The notes under the pieces were generated by a model, which saw nothing but the letters and a program-made list of their open reading frames with translations, did not search any database and had not been told where the DNA came from. The position numbers and the translations under genes were made by a program. From contig OZ024743.1 in NCBI GenBank assembly GCA_964016885.1, positions 140,368,001-140,432,000 on the forward strand: a stretch of 64,000 nucleotides of DNA, given 5' to 3'. The DNA comes from Eledone cirrhosa. Its lineage: Eukaryota. Positions 34,801-48,000 of this stretch are shown piece after piece; within the stretch, counting starts at the first letter, position 1, and the number at the start of each line of letters is the position of its first letter.

Positions 34801-37800
34801 TGTTTGATGCTTGGTGCTTGGTGCTTGGTGTTTGGTGCTTGGTGCTTGGTGTTTGGTGTTTGGTGCTTGGTGCTTGGTGTTTGGTGCTTGCTGCTGGCTG
34901 CTTGGTGTTTGGTGCTTGGTGATTGGTGCTTGGTGTTTGGTGCTTGATGTTTGGTGTTTGGTGCTAGGTGCTTGGTGTTTGGTGCTTGGTGCTTGGTGTT
35001 TGTACTTGGTGCTTGGTGCTTGGTTCTTGGTGTTTGGTGCTTGGTGCTTGGTGTTTGGTGCTTGGTACTTGGTGTTTGGTGCTTGGTGTTTGGTGCTTGG
35101 TGTTTGGTGTTTGGTGCTTGGTGCTTGGTGTTTGGTGCTTGGTGTTTGGTGCTTGGTGTTAGGTGTCTGGTGCTTGGTGCTTGGTGTTTGGTGTTTGGTG
35201 CTTGGCGTTTGGTGTTTGGTGTTATATGCTTGGTGTTTGATGCTTGGTGCTTGGTGCTTGGTGTTTGGTGCTTGGTGTTTGATGCTTGGTGCTTGGTGCT
35301 TGGTGTTTGGTGCTTGGTGCTTGGTGTTTGTACTTGGTGCTTGGTGCTTGGTTCTTGGTGTTTGGTGCTTGGTGCTTGGTGTTTGGTGTTTGGTGCTTGG
35401 TGTTTGGTGCTTGGTGTTTGGTGCTTGGTGTTTGGTGCTTGGTGCTTGGTGTTTGGTGTTTGGTGCTTGGTGTTTGGTGCTTGGTGCTTGGTGCTTAGTG
35501 CTTGGTGTTTGGTGCTTGGTGTTAGGTGTTTGGTGCTTGGTGCTTGGTGTTTGGTGTTTGGTGCTTGGTGTTTGGTGCTTGGTGTTTGGTGTTAGGTGTT
35601 TGGTGCTTGGTGTTTGGTGTTTGGTGCTTGGTGTTTGGTGCTTGGTGTTTGGTGCTTGGTGTTTGGTGCTTGGTACTTGGTGCTTGGTGCTTGGTGTTAG
35701 GTGTTTGGTGCTTGGTGCTTGGTGTTTGGTTTTTGGTGCTTGGTGCTTGGTGTTTGGTGTTTGGGGCTTGCTGCTGGCTGCTTGGTGTTTGATGCTTGGT
35801 GATTGGTGCTTGGTGTTTTGTGCTTGGTGTTTCGTGCTTGGTGTTTGGTGCTTGGTGCTTGGTGTTTGGTGCCTGGTGCTTGGTGCTTGGTGTTTGGTGT
35901 TTGGTGTTAGGTGCTTGATGCTTGGTGTTTGGTGCTTGGTGCTGGGTGGTTGGTGTTTAGTGCTTGGTGTTTGGTGCTGGGTGCTTGGTGTTTGGTGCTT
36001 GGTGCTTGGTCTTTGGTGCTTGGTGTTTGGTGTTTGGTGCTTGGTGCTTGGTGCTTGGTGTTTGGTGCTTGGTGCTTGGTGTTTGGTGCTTGGTGCTTAG
36101 TGTTTGGTGCTTGGTGCTTAGTGTTTGGTGCTAGGTGCTTGGTGTTTGGTGCTTGGTGCTTGGTGTTTGGTGCCTGGTGCTTGGTGTTTGGTGTTTGGTG
36201 TTTGGTGCTTGGTGCTTGGTGTTTGGTGTTTGCTGTTTGCTGTTTGTTGTTTGGTGTTTGCTGTTTGGTGTTTGGTGTTTGCTTTTTGGTGTTTGGTGTT
36301 TGCTGTATGTTGTTTGCTGTTTGGTGTTTGGTGTTTGGTGTTTCGTGCTTGGTGTTTGGTGCTTGGTGCTTGGTGTTTGGTGCCTGGTGCTTGGTGCTTG
36401 GTGCTTGGTGTTTGGTGTTTGGTGCTTGGTGCTTGGAGTTTGGTGTTTGGTGCTTGGTGCTTGGTGTTTCGTATTTCGTGTTTGGTTTTTGGTGCTTGGT
36501 GCTTGGTGCTTGGTCCTTGGTGTTTGGTGTTTGCTGCTTGGTGTTTGATGCTTGGTGCTTGGTGCTTGGTGTTTTGTGTTTGGTGCTTGGTGCTTGGTGT
36601 TTGGTGCTTGGTGCTTGGTACTTGGTGTTTGTACTTGGTGCTTGGTGTTTGGTTCTTGGTTCTTGGTGTTTGGTGTTTGGCGTTTGCTGTTTGGTGCTTG
36701 GTGCTTGGTGTTTGGTGCTTGGTGCTTGGTGTTTGGTGCCTGGTGCTTGGTGCTTGGTGTTTGGTGTTTGGTGCTTGGTGCTTCGTGCTTGGAGTTTGGT
36801 GTTTGGTGCATGGTGCTTTGTGTTTTGTGTTTGGTGTTTGGTTTTTGGTGCTTGGTGCTTGGTCCTTGGTGTTTGGTGCTGGGTGCTTTGTGTTTGGTGC
36901 TTGGTGCTTGGTGTTTGGTGTTTGCTGCTTGGTGTTTGATGCTTGGTGCTTGGTGCTTGGTGTTTTGTGTTTGGTGCTTGGTTCTTGGTGTATGGTGCTT
37001 GGTGTTTGGTACTTGGTGTTTGTACTTGGTGCTTGGTGCTTGGTGTTTGGTTCTTGGTTCTTGGTGTTTGGTACTTGGTGTTTCGTGCTTGATGTTTGGT
37101 GTTTGGTGCTTGGTGTTTGGTGCTTGGTGCTTGGTGCTTGGTGTTAGGTGTTTGGTGCTTGGTCTTTGGTGTTTGGTGCTTGGTGTTTGGTGTTTGCTGT
37201 TTGGTGTTTGGTGTTTGGTGTTTTGTGTTTGCTGTTTGGTGTCTGCTTTTTGGTGTTCAGTGTTTGCTGTATGGTGTTTGGTGTTTGCTGTTTGGTGTTT
37301 GGTCTTTGGTGCTTGGTGTTTGGTGCTTGGTGCTTGGTGTTTGGTGTTTGGTGCTTGGTGCTTGGTGTTTGGTGTTTGGTGCTTGGTGTTTGGTGTTTGG
37401 TGCTTGGTGTCTGGTGCTTGGTGTTTGGTTTTTGGTGCTTGGTGTTTGGTGTTTGGTGTTTGGTGTTTGGTGCTTGGTGCTTGGTGTTTGGTGTTTGGTG
37501 CTTGGTGTCTGGTGCTTGGTGCTTGGTGCTTGGTGCTTGGTGTTTGGTGTTTGGTGCTTGGTGTTTGGTGCTTGGTGCTGGGTGGTTGGTGTTTGGTGCT
37601 TGGTGTTTGGTGCTGGGTGCTTGGTGTTTGGTGCTGGGTGCTTGGTGTTTGGTGCTTGGTGCTTGGTCTTTGGTGCTTGGTGCTTGGTGCTTGGTGCTTG
37701 GTGCTTGGTGCTTGGTGTTTGGTGCTTGGTGCTTGGTGTTTGGTGCTTGGTGCTTGGTGTTTGGTTTTTGGTGCTTGGTGCTTGGTGTTTGGTGTTTGGT

Positions 37801-39004
37801 GCTTGCTGCTGGCTGCTTGGTGTTTGATGCATGGTGATTGGTGCTTGGTGTTTGGTGCTTCGTGTTTGGTGTTTGATGCTTGGTGCTTGGTGCTTGGTGT
37901 TTGGTGCTTGGTGCTTGGTGTTTGGTGCTTGGTGCTTGGTGTTTGGTGCTTGGTGTTTGGTGCTTGGTGTTTGGTGCTTGGTGCTTGGTGCTTGGTGCTT
38001 GGTGTTTGGTGGTTGGTGCTTGGTGCTTGGTGTTAGGTGTTTGGTGCTTGGTGCTTGGTGTTTGGTGTTTGGTGCTTGGTGTTTGGTGTTTGGTGCTTGG
38101 TGTATGGTGCTTGGTACTTGGTGCTTGGTGCTTGGTGTTAGGTGTTTGGTGCTTGGTGCTTGGTGTCTGGTTTTTGGTGCTTGGTGCTTGGTGTTTGGTG
38201 TTTGGTGCTTGCTGCTGGCTGCTTGGTGTTTGGTGCTTGGTGATTGGTGCTTGGTGTTTGGTGCTTGGTGTTTGGTGTTTGGTGCTTGGTGATTGGTGTT
38301 TGTACTTGGTGCTTGGTGCTTGGTTCTTGGTGTTTGGTGCTTGGTGCTTGGTGTTTGGTGTTATATGCTTGGTGTTTGATGCTTGGTGCTTGGTGCTTGG
38401 TGTTTGGTGTTTGGTGTTTGATGCTTGGTGCTTGGTGTTTGGTGCTTGGTGCTTGGTGTTTGTACTTGGTGCTTGGTGCTTGGTGCTTGGTGTTTGGTGC
38501 TTGGTGCTTGGTGCTTGGTCCTTGGTGCTTGGTGTTTGGTGGTTGGTGTTTGGTGCTTGGTGTTAGGTGTTTGGTGCTTGGTGCTTGGTGTTTGGTGTTT
38601 GGTGCTTGGTGTTTGGTGTTTGGTGCTTGGTATTTGGTGCTTGGTACTTGGTGCTTGGTGCTTGGTGTTAGGTGTTTGGTGCTTGGTGTTTGGTGCTTGG
38701 TGTTTGGTGCTTGGTGCTTGGTGCTTGGTGCTTGGTGTTTGGTGGTTGGTGTTTGGTGCTTGGTGTTTGGTGCTTGGTGTTAGGTGTTTGGTGCTTGGTG
38801 CTTGGTGTTTGGTGTTTGGTGCTTGGTGTTTGGTGTTTGGTGCTTGGTGTTTGGTGCTTTTTGCTTGGTGCTTGGTGCTTGGTGTTTGGTGCTGGGTGCT
38901 TGGTGCTTGGTGTTTGGTGTTATATGCTTGGTGTTTGATGCTTGGTGCTTGGTGCTTGGTGTTTGGTGTTTGGTGCTTGGTGTTTGATGCTTGGTGCTTG
39001 GTGC
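26837..39004 (+). repeat. 12.17 kb higher-order tandem duplication, copy I
   Basis: ORF pairs 26847/39015, 28032/40200 and 31115/43283 are offset by 12168. Pairs 32394/44555, 33469/45630, 38244/50405 and 38784/50945 are offset by 12161. Confidence 0.95.
27851..38730 (+). repeat. 5437-bp tandem duplication, copies A (27851-33287) and B (33288-38730)
   Basis: ORF pairs 28032/33469, 28516/33953, 29374/34811, 30474/35911, 31115/36552 and 32443/37880 are all offset by 5437. The junction lies at 33288-33293. Confidence 0.95.
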
Positions 39005-42000
39005 TTGGTGTTAGGTGCTTGATGCTTGGTGTTTGGTGCTTGGTGCTGGGTGGTTGGTGTTTAGTGCTTGGTGTTTGGTGCTGGGTGCTTGGTGTTTGGT
39101 GCTTGGTGCTTGGTCTTTGGTGCTTGGTGTTTGGTGTTTGGTGCTTGGTGCTTGGTGCTTGGTGTTTGGTGCTTGGTGCTTGGTGTTTGGTGCTTGGTGC
39201 TTAGTGTTTGGTGCTTGGTGCTTAGTGTTTGGTGCTAGGTGCTTGGTGTTTGGTGCTTGGTGCTTGGTGTTTGGTGCCTGGTGCTTGGTGTTTGGTGTTT
39301 GGTGTTTGGTGCTTGGTGCTTGGTGTTTGGTGTTTGCTGTTTGCTGTTTGTTGTTTGGTGTTTGCTGTTTGGTGTTTGGTGTTTGCTTTTTGGTGTTTGG
39401 TGTTTGCTGTATGTTGTTTGCTGTTTGGTGTTTGGTGTTTGGTGTTTCGTGCTTGGTGTTTGGTGCTTGGTGCTTGGTGTTTGGTGCCTGGTGCTTGGTG
39501 CTTGGTGCTTGGTGTTTGGTGTTTGGTGCTTGGTGCTTGGAGTTTGGTGTTTGGTGCTTGGTACTTGGTGTTTCGTGTTTCGTGTTTGGTTTTTGGTGCT
39601 TGGTGCTTGGTGCTTGGTCCTTGGTGTTTGGTGTTTGCTGCTTGGTGTTTGATGCTTGGTGCTTGGTGCTTGGTGTTTTGTGTTTGGTGCTTGGTGCTTG
39701 GTGTTTGGTGCTTGGTGCTTGGTGCTTGGTGTTTGTACTTGGTGCTTGGTGTTTGGTTCTTGGTTCTTGGTGTTTGGTGTTTGGCGTTTGCTGTTTGGTG
39801 CTTGGTGCTTGGTGTTTGGTGCTTGGTGCTTGGTGTTTGGTGCCTGGTGCTTGGTGCTTGGTGTTTGGTGTTTGGTGCTTGGTGCTTGGTGCTTGGAGTT
39901 TGGTGTTTGGTGCTTGGTGCTTTGTGTTTTGTGTTTGGTGTTTGGTTTTTGGTGCTTGGTGCTTGGTCCTTGGTGTTTGGTGCTGGGTGCTTTGTGTTTG
40001 GTGCTTGGTGCTTGGTGTTTGGTGTTTGCTGCTTGGTGTTTGATGCTTGGTGCTTGGTGCTTGGTGTTTTGTGTTTGGTGCTTGGTTCTTGGTGTATGGT
40101 GCTTGGTGCTTGGTACTTGGTGTTTGTACTTGGTGCTTGGTGCTTGGTGTTTGGTTCTTGGTTCTTGGTGTTTGGTACTTGGTGCTTCGTGCTTGATGTT
40201 TGGTGTTTGGTGCTTGGTGTTTGGTGCTTGGTGCTTGGTGCTTGGTGTTAGGTGTTTGGTGCTTGGTCTTTGGTGTTTGGTGCTTGGTGTTTGGTGTTTG
40301 CTGTTTGGTGTTTGGTGTTTGGTGTTTGGTGTTTGCTGTTTGGTGTCTGCTTTTTGGTGTTCAGTGTTTGCTGTATGGTGTTTGGTGTTTGCTGTTTGGT
40401 GTTTGGTCTTTGGTGCTTGGTGTTTGGTGCTTGTTGATTGGTGCTTGGTGTTTGGTGCTAGGTGCTTGGTGTTTGGTGCTTGGTGCTTGGTGTTTGTACT
40501 TGGTGCTTGGTGCTTGGTTCTTGGTGTTTGGTGCTTGGTGCTTGGTGTTTGGTGCTTGGTGCTTGGTGTTTGTGCTTGGTGTTTGGTGCTTGGTGTTTGG
40601 TGCTTGGTGCTTGGTGCTTGGTGTTTGGTGCTTGGTGTTTGGTGCTTGGTGTTAGGTGTTTGGTGCTTGGTGCTTGGTGTTAGGTGTTTGGTGCTTGGTG
40701 TTTGGTGCTTGGTGTTTGGTGCTTGGTGCTTGGTGCTTGGTGCTTGGTGTTTGGTGGTTGGTGTTTGGTGCTTGGTGTTAGGTGTTTGGTGCTTGGTGCT
40801 TGGTGTTTGGTGTTTGGTGCTTGGTGTTTGGTGTTTGGTGCTTGGTGTTTGGTGCTTTTTGCTTGGTGCTTGGTGCTTGGTGTTTGGTGCTTGGTGCTTG
40901 GTGTTTGGTGCTGGGTGCTTGGTGTTTGGTGTTTGGTGTTATATGCTTGGTGTTTGATGCTTGGTGCTTGGTGCTTGGTGTTTGGTGTTTGGTGCTTGGT
41001 GTTTGATGCTTGGTGCTTGGTGCTTGGTGTTTGGTGCTTGGTGCTTGGTGTTTGGTGCTTGGTGCTTGGTGTTTGGTGCTTGGTGTTTGGTGCTTGGTGT
41101 TTGGTGCTTGGTGCTTGGTGCTTGGTGCTTGGTGCTTGGTGTTTGGTGGTTGGTGCTTGGTGCTTGGTGTTAGGTGTTTGGTGCTTGGTGCTTGGTGTTT
41201 GGTGTTTGGTGCTTGGTGTTTGGTGTTTGGTGCTTGGTGTTTGGTGCTTGGTACTTGGTGCTTGGTGCTTGGTGTTAGGTGTTTGGTGCTTGGTGTTTGG
41301 TGTCTGGTTTTTGGTGCTTGGTGCTTGGTGCTTAGTGTTTGGTGCTTGGTGCTTAGTGTTTGGTGCTAGGTGCTTGGTGTTTGGTGCTTGGTGCTTGGTG
41401 TTTGGTGCCTGGTGCTTGGTGTTTGGTGTTTGGTGTTTGGTGCTTGGTGCTTGGTGTTTGGTGTTTGCTGTTTGCTGTTTGTTGTTTGGTGTTTGCTGTT
41501 TGGTGTTTGGTGTTTGCTTTTTGGTGCTTGGTGTTTGATGCTTGGTGCTTGGTGCTTGGTGTTTGGTGCTTGGTGCTTGGTGTTTGGTGTTTGGTGCTTG
41601 GTGCTTGGTGTTTGGTGCTTGCTGCTGGCTGCTTGGTGTTTGGTGCTTGGTGATTGGTGCTTGGTGTTTGGTGCTTGATGTTTGGTGTTTGGTGCTAGGT
41701 GCTTGGTGTTTGGTGCTTGGTGCTTGGTGTTTGTACTTGGTGCTTGGTGCTTGGTTCTTGGTGTTTGGTGCTTGGTGCTTGGTGTTTGGTGCTTGGTACT
41801 TGGTGTTTGGTGCTTGGTGTTTGGTGCTTGGTGTTTGGTGTTTGGTGCTTGGTGCTTGGTGTTTGGTGCTTGGTGTTTGGTGCTTGGTGTTAGGTGTCTG
41901 GTGCTTGGTGCTTGGTGTTTGGTGTTTGGTGCTTGGCGTTTGGTGTTTGGTGTTATATGCTTGGTGTTTGATGCTTGGTGCTTGGTGCTTGGTGTTTGGT

Positions 42001-45000
42001 GCTTGGTGTTTGATGCTTGGTGCTTGGTGCTTGGTGTTTGGTGCTTGGTGCTTGGTGTTTGTACTTGGTGCTTGGTGCTTGGTTCTTGGTGTTTGGTGCT
42101 TGGTGCTTGGTGTTTGGTGTTTGGTGCTTGGTGTTTGGTGCTTGGTGTTTGGTGCTTGGTGTTTGGTGCTTGGTGCTTGGTGTTTGGTGTTTGGTGCTTG
42201 GTGTTTGGTGCTTGGTGCTTGGTGCTTAGTGCTTGGTGTTTGGTGCTTGGTGTTAGGTGTTTGGTGCTTGGTGCTTGGTGTTTGGTGTTTGGTGCTTGGT
42301 GTTTGGTGCTTGGTGTTTGGTGTTAGGTGTTTGGTGCTTGGTGTTTGGTGTTTGGTGCTTGGTGTTTGGTGCTTGGTGTTTGGTGCTTGGTGTTTGGTGC
42401 TTGGTACTTGGTGCTTGGTGCTTGGTGTTAGGTGTTTGGTGCTTGGTGCTTGGTGTTTGGTTTTTGGTGCTTGGTGCTTGGTGTTTGGTGTTTGGGGCTT
42501 GCTGCTGGCTGCTTGGTGTTTGATGCTTGGTGATTGGTGCTTGGTGTTTTGTGCTTGGTGTTTCGTGCTTGGTGTTTGGTGCTTGGTGCTTGGTGTTTGG
42601 TGCCTGGTGCTTGGTGCTTGGTGTTTGGTGTTTGGTGTTAGGTGCTTGATGCTTGGTGTTTGGTGCTTGGTGCTGGGTGGTTGGTGTTTAGTGCTTGGTG
42701 TTTGGTGCTGGGTGCTTGGTGTTTGGTGCTTGGTGCTTGGTCTTTGGTGCTTGGTGTTTGGTGTTTGGTGCTTGGTGCTTGGTGCTTGGTGTTTGGTGCT
42801 TGGTGCTTGGTGTTTGGTGCTTGGTGCTTAGTGTTTGGTGCTTGGTGCTTAGTGTTTGGTGCTAGGTGCTTGGTGTTTGGTGCTTGGTGCTTGGTGTTTG
42901 GTGCCTGGTGCTTGGTGTTTGGTGTTTGGTGTTTGGTGCTTGGTGCTTGGTGTTTGGTGTTTGCTGTTTGCTGTTTGTTGTTTGGTGTTTGCTGTTTGGT
43001 GTTTGGTGTTTGCTTTTTGGTGTTTGGTGTTTGCTGTATGTTGTTTGCTGTTTGGTGTTTGGTGTTTGGTGTTTCGTGCTTGGTGTTTGGTGCTTGGTGC
43101 TTGGTGTTTGGTGCCTGGTGCTTGGTGCTTGGTGCTTGGTGTTTGGTGTTTGGTGCTTGGTGCTTGGAGTTTGGTGTTTGGTGCTTGGTGCTTGGTGTTT
43201 CGTATTTCGTGTTTGGTTTTTGGTGCTTGGTGCTTGGTGCTTGGTCCTTGGTGTTTGGTGTTTGCTGCTTGGTGTTTGATGCTTGGTGCTTGGTGCTTGG
43301 TGTTTTGTGTTTGGTGCTTGGTGCTTGGTGTTTGGTGCTTGGTGCTTGGTGCTTGGTGTTTGTACTTGGTGCTTGGTGTTTGGTTCTTGGTTCTTGGTGT
43401 TTGGTGTTTGGCGTTTGCTGTTTGGTGCTTGGTGCTTGGTGTTTGGTGCTTGGTGCTTGGTGTTTGGTGCCTGGTGCTTGGTGCTTGGTGTTTGGTGTTT
43501 GGTGCTTGGTGCTTCGTGCTTGGAGTTTGGTGTTTGGTGCATGGTGCTTTGTGTTTTGTGTTTGGTGTTTGGTTTTTGGTGCTTGGTGCTTGGTCCTTGG
43601 TGTTTGGTGCTGGGTGCTTTGTGTTTGGTGCTTGGTGCTTGGTGTTTGGTGTTTGCTGCTTGGTGTTTGATGCTTGGTGCTTGGTGCTTGGTGTTTTGTG
43701 TTTGGTGCTTGGTTCTTGGTGTATGGTGCTTGGTGTTTGGTACTTGGTGTTTGTACTTGGTGCTTGGTGCTTGGTGTTTGGTTCTTGGTTCTTGGTGTTT
43801 GGTACTTGGTGTTTCGTGCTTGATGTTTGGTGTTTGGTGCTTGGTGTTTGGTGCTTGGTGCTTGGTGCTTGGTGTTAGGTGTTTGGTGCTTGGTCTTTGG
43901 TGTTTGGTGCTTGGTGTTTGGTGTTTGCTGTTTGGTGTTTGGTGTTTGGTGTTTTGTGTTTGCTGTTTGGTGTCTGCTTTTTGGTGTTCAGTGTTTGCTG
44001 TATGGTGTTTGGTGTTTGCTGTTTGGTGTTTGGTCTTTGGTGCTTGGTGTTTGGTGCTTGGTGCTTGGTGTTTGGTGTTTGGTGCTTGGTGCTTGGTGTT
44101 TGGTGTTTGGTGCTTGGTGTTTGGTGTTTGGTGCTTGGTGTCTGGTGCTTGGTGTTTGGTTTTTGGTGCTTGGTGTTTGGTGTTTGGTGTTTGGTGTTTG
44201 GTGCTTGGTGCTTGGTGTTTGGTGTTTGGTGCTTGGTGTCTGGTGCTTGGTGCTTGGTGCTTGGTGCTTGGTGTTTGGTGTTTGGTGCTTGGTGTTTGGT
44301 GCTTGGTGCTGGGTGGTTGGTGTTTGGTGCTTGGTGTTTGGTGCTGGGTGCTTGGTGTTTGGTGCTGGGTGCTTGGTGTTTGGTGCTTGGTGCTTGGTCT
44401 TTGGTGCTTGGTGCTTGGTGCTTGGTGCTTGGTGCTTGGTGTTTGGTGCTTGGTGCTTGGTGTTTGGTGCTTGGTGCTTGGTGTTTGGTTTTTGGTGCTT
44501 GGTGCTTGGTGTTTGGTGTTTGGTGCTTGCTGCTGGCTGCTTGGTGTTTGATGCATGGTGATTGGTGCTTGGTGTTTGGTGCTTCGTGTTTGGTGTTTGA
44601 TGCTTGGTGCTTGGTGCTTGGTGTTTGGTGCTTGGTGCTTGGTGTTTGGTGCTTGGTGCTTGGTGTTTGGTGCTTGGTGTTTGGTGCTTGGTGTTTGGTG
44701 CTTGGTGCTTGGTGCTTGGTGCTTGGTGTTTGGTGGTTGGTGCTTGGTGCTTGGTGTTAGGTGTTTGGTGCTTGGTGCTTGGTGTTTGGTGTTTGGTGCT
44801 TGGTGTTTGGTGTTTGGTGCTTGGTGTATGGTGCTTGGTACTTGGTGCTTGGTGCTTGGTGTTAGGTGTTTGGTGCTTGGTGCTTGGTGTCTGGTTTTTG
44901 GTGCTTGGTGCTTGGTGTTTGGTGTTTGGTGCTTGCTGCTGGCTGCTTGGTGTTTGGTGCTTGGTGATTGGTGCTTGGTGTTTGGTGCTTGGTGTTTGGT

Positions 45001-48000
45001 GTTTGGTGCTTGGTGATTGGTGTTTGTACTTGGTGCTTGGTGCTTGGTTCTTGGTGTTTGGTGCTTGGTGCTTGGTGTTTGGTGTTATATGCTTGGTGTT
45101 TGATGCTTGGTGCTTGGTGCTTGGTGTTTGGTGTTTGGTGTTTGATGCTTGGTGCTTGGTGTTTGGTGCTTGGTGCTTGGTGTTTGTACTTGGTGCTTGG
45201 TGCTTGGTGCTTGGTGTTTGGTGCTTGGTGCTTGGTGCTTGGTCCTTGGTGCTTGGTGTTTGGTGGTTGGTGTTTGGTGCTTGGTGTTAGGTGTTTGGTG
45301 CTTGGTGCTTGGTGTTTGGTGTTTGGTGCTTGGTGTTTGGTGTTTGGTGCTTGGTATTTGGTGCTTGGTACTTGGTGCTTGGTGCTTGGTGTTAGGTGTT
45401 TGGTGCTTGGTGTTTGGTGCTTGGTGTTTGGTGCTTGGTGCTTGGTGCTTGGTGTTTGCTGCTTGGTGTTTGATGCTTGGTGCTTGGTGCTTGGTGTTTT
45501 GTGTTTGGTGCTTGGTTCTTGGTGTATGGTGCTTGGTGCTTGGTACTTGGTGTTTGTACTTGGTGCTTGGTGCTTGGTGTTTGGTTCTTGGTTCTTGGTG
45601 TTTGGTACTTGGTGCTTCGTGCTTGATGTTTGGTGTTTGGTGCTTGGTGTTTGGTGCTTGGTGCTTGGTGCTTGGTGTTAGGTGTTTGGTGCTTGGTCTT
45701 TGGTGTTTGGTGCTTGGTGTTTGGTGTTTGCTGTTTGGTGTTTGGTGTTTGGTGTTTGGTGTTTGCTGTTTGGTGTCTGCTTTTTGGTGTTCAGTGTTTG
45801 CTGTATGGTGTTTGGTGTTTGCTGTTTGGTGTTTGGTCTTTGGTGCTTGGTGTTTGGTGCTTGTTGATTGGTGCTTGGTGTTTGGTGCTAGGTGCTTGGT
45901 GTTTGGTGCTTGGTGCTTGGTGTTTGTACTTGGTGCTTGGTGCTTGGTTCTTGGTGTTTGGTGCTTGGTGCTTGGTGTTTGGTGCTTGGTGCTTGGTGTT
46001 TGTGCTTGGTGTTTGGTGCTTGGTGTTTGGTGCTTGGTGCTTGGTGCTTGGTGTTTGGTGCTTGGTGTTTGGTGCTTGGTGTTAGGTGTTTGGTGCTTGG
46101 TGCTTGGTGTTAGGTGTTTGGTGCTTGGTGTTTGGTGCTTGGTGTTTGGTGCTTGGTGCTTGGTGCTTGGTGCTTGGTGTTTGGTGGTTGGTGTTTGGTG
46201 CTTGGTGTTAGGTGTTTGGTGCTTGGTGCTTGGTGTTTGGTGTTTGGTGCTTGGTGTTTGGTGTTTGGTGCTTGGTGTTTGGTGCTTTTTGCTTGGTGCT
46301 TGGTGCTTGGTGTTTGGTGCTTGGTGCTTGGTGTTTGGTGCTGGGTGCTTGGTGTTTGGTGTTTGGTGTTATATGCTTGGTGTTTGATGCTTGGTGCTTG
46401 GTGCTTGGTGTTTGGTGTTTGGTGCTTGGTGTTTGATGCTTGGTGCTTGGTGCTTGGTGTTTGGTGCTTGGTGCTTGGTGTTTGGTGCTTGGTGCTTGGT
46501 GTTTGGTGCTTGGTGTTTGGTGCTTGGTGTTTGGTGCTTGGTGCTTGGTGCTTGGTGCTTGGTGCTTGGTGTTTGGTGGTTGGTGCTTGGTGCTTGGTGT
46601 TAGGTGTTTGGTGCTTGGTGCTTGGTGTTTGGTGTTTGGTGCTTGGTGTTTGGTGTTTGGTGCTTGGTGTTTGGTGCTTGGTACTTGGTGCTTGGTGCTT
46701 GGTGTTAGGTGTTTGGTGCTTGGTGTTTGGTGTCTGGTTTTTGGTGCTTGGTGCTTGGTGCTTAGTGTTTGGTGCTTGGTGCTTAGTGTTTGGTGCTAGG
46801 TGCTTGGTGTTTGGTGCTTGGTGCTTGGTGTTTGGTGCCTGGTGCTTGGTGTTTGGTGTTTGGTGTTTGGTGCTTGGTGCTTGGTGTTTGGTGTTTGCTG
46901 TTTGCTGTTTGTTGTTTGGTGTTTGCTGTTTGGTGTTTGGTGTTTGCTTTTTGGTGCTTGGTGTTTGATGCTTGGTGCTTGGTGCTTGGTGTTTGGTGCT
47001 TGGTGCTTGGTGTTTGGTGTTTGGTGCTTGGTGCTTGGTGTTTGGTGCTTGCTGCTGGCTGCTTGGTGTTTGGTGCTTGGTGATTGGTGCTTGGTGTTTG
47101 GTGCTTGATGTTTGGTGTTTGGTGCTAGGTGCTTGGTGTTTGGTGCTTGGTGCTTGGTGTTTGTACTTGGTGCTTGGTGCTTGGTTCTTGGTGTTTGGTG
47201 CTTGGTGCTTGGTGTTTGGTGCTTGGTACTTGGTGTTTGGTGCTTGGTGTTTGGTGCTTGGTGTTTGGTGTTTGGTGCTTGGTGCTTGGTGTTTGGTGCT
47301 TGGTGTTTGGTGCTTGGTGTTAGGTGTCTGGTGCTTGGTGCTTGGTGTTTGGTGTTTGGTGCTTGGCGTTTGGTGTTTGGTGTTATATGCTTGGTGTTTG
47401 ATGCTTGGTGCTTGGTGCTTGGTGTTTGGTGCTTGGTGTTTGATGCTTGGTGCTTGGTGCTTGGTGTTTGGTGCTTGGTGCTTGGTGTTTGTACTTGGTG
47501 CTTGGTGCTTGGTTCTTGGTGTTTGGTGCTTGGTGCTTGGTGTTTGGTGTTTGGTGCTTGGTGTTTGGTGCTTGGTGTTTGGTGCTTGGTGTTTGGTGCT
47601 TGGTGCTTGGTGTTTGGTGTTTGGTGCTTGGTGTTTGGTGCTTGGTGCTTGGTGCTTAGTGCTTGGTGTTTGGTGCTTGGTGTTAGGTGTTTGGTGCTTG
47701 GTGCTTGGTGTTTGGTGTTTGGTGCTTGGTGTTTGGTGCTTGGTGTTTGGTGTTAGGTGTTTGGTGCTTGGTGTTTGGTGTTTGGTGCTTGGTGTTTGGT
47801 GCTTGGTGTTTGGTGCTTGGTGTTTGGTGCTTGGTACTTGGTGCTTGGTGCTTGGTGTTAGGTGTTTGGTGCTTGGTGCTTGGTGTTTGGTTTTTGGTGC
47901 TTGGTGCTTGGTGTTTGGTGTTTGGGGCTTGCTGCTGGCTGCTTGGTGTTTGATGCTTGGTGATTGGTGCTTGGTGTTTTGTGCTTGGTGTTTCGTGCTT

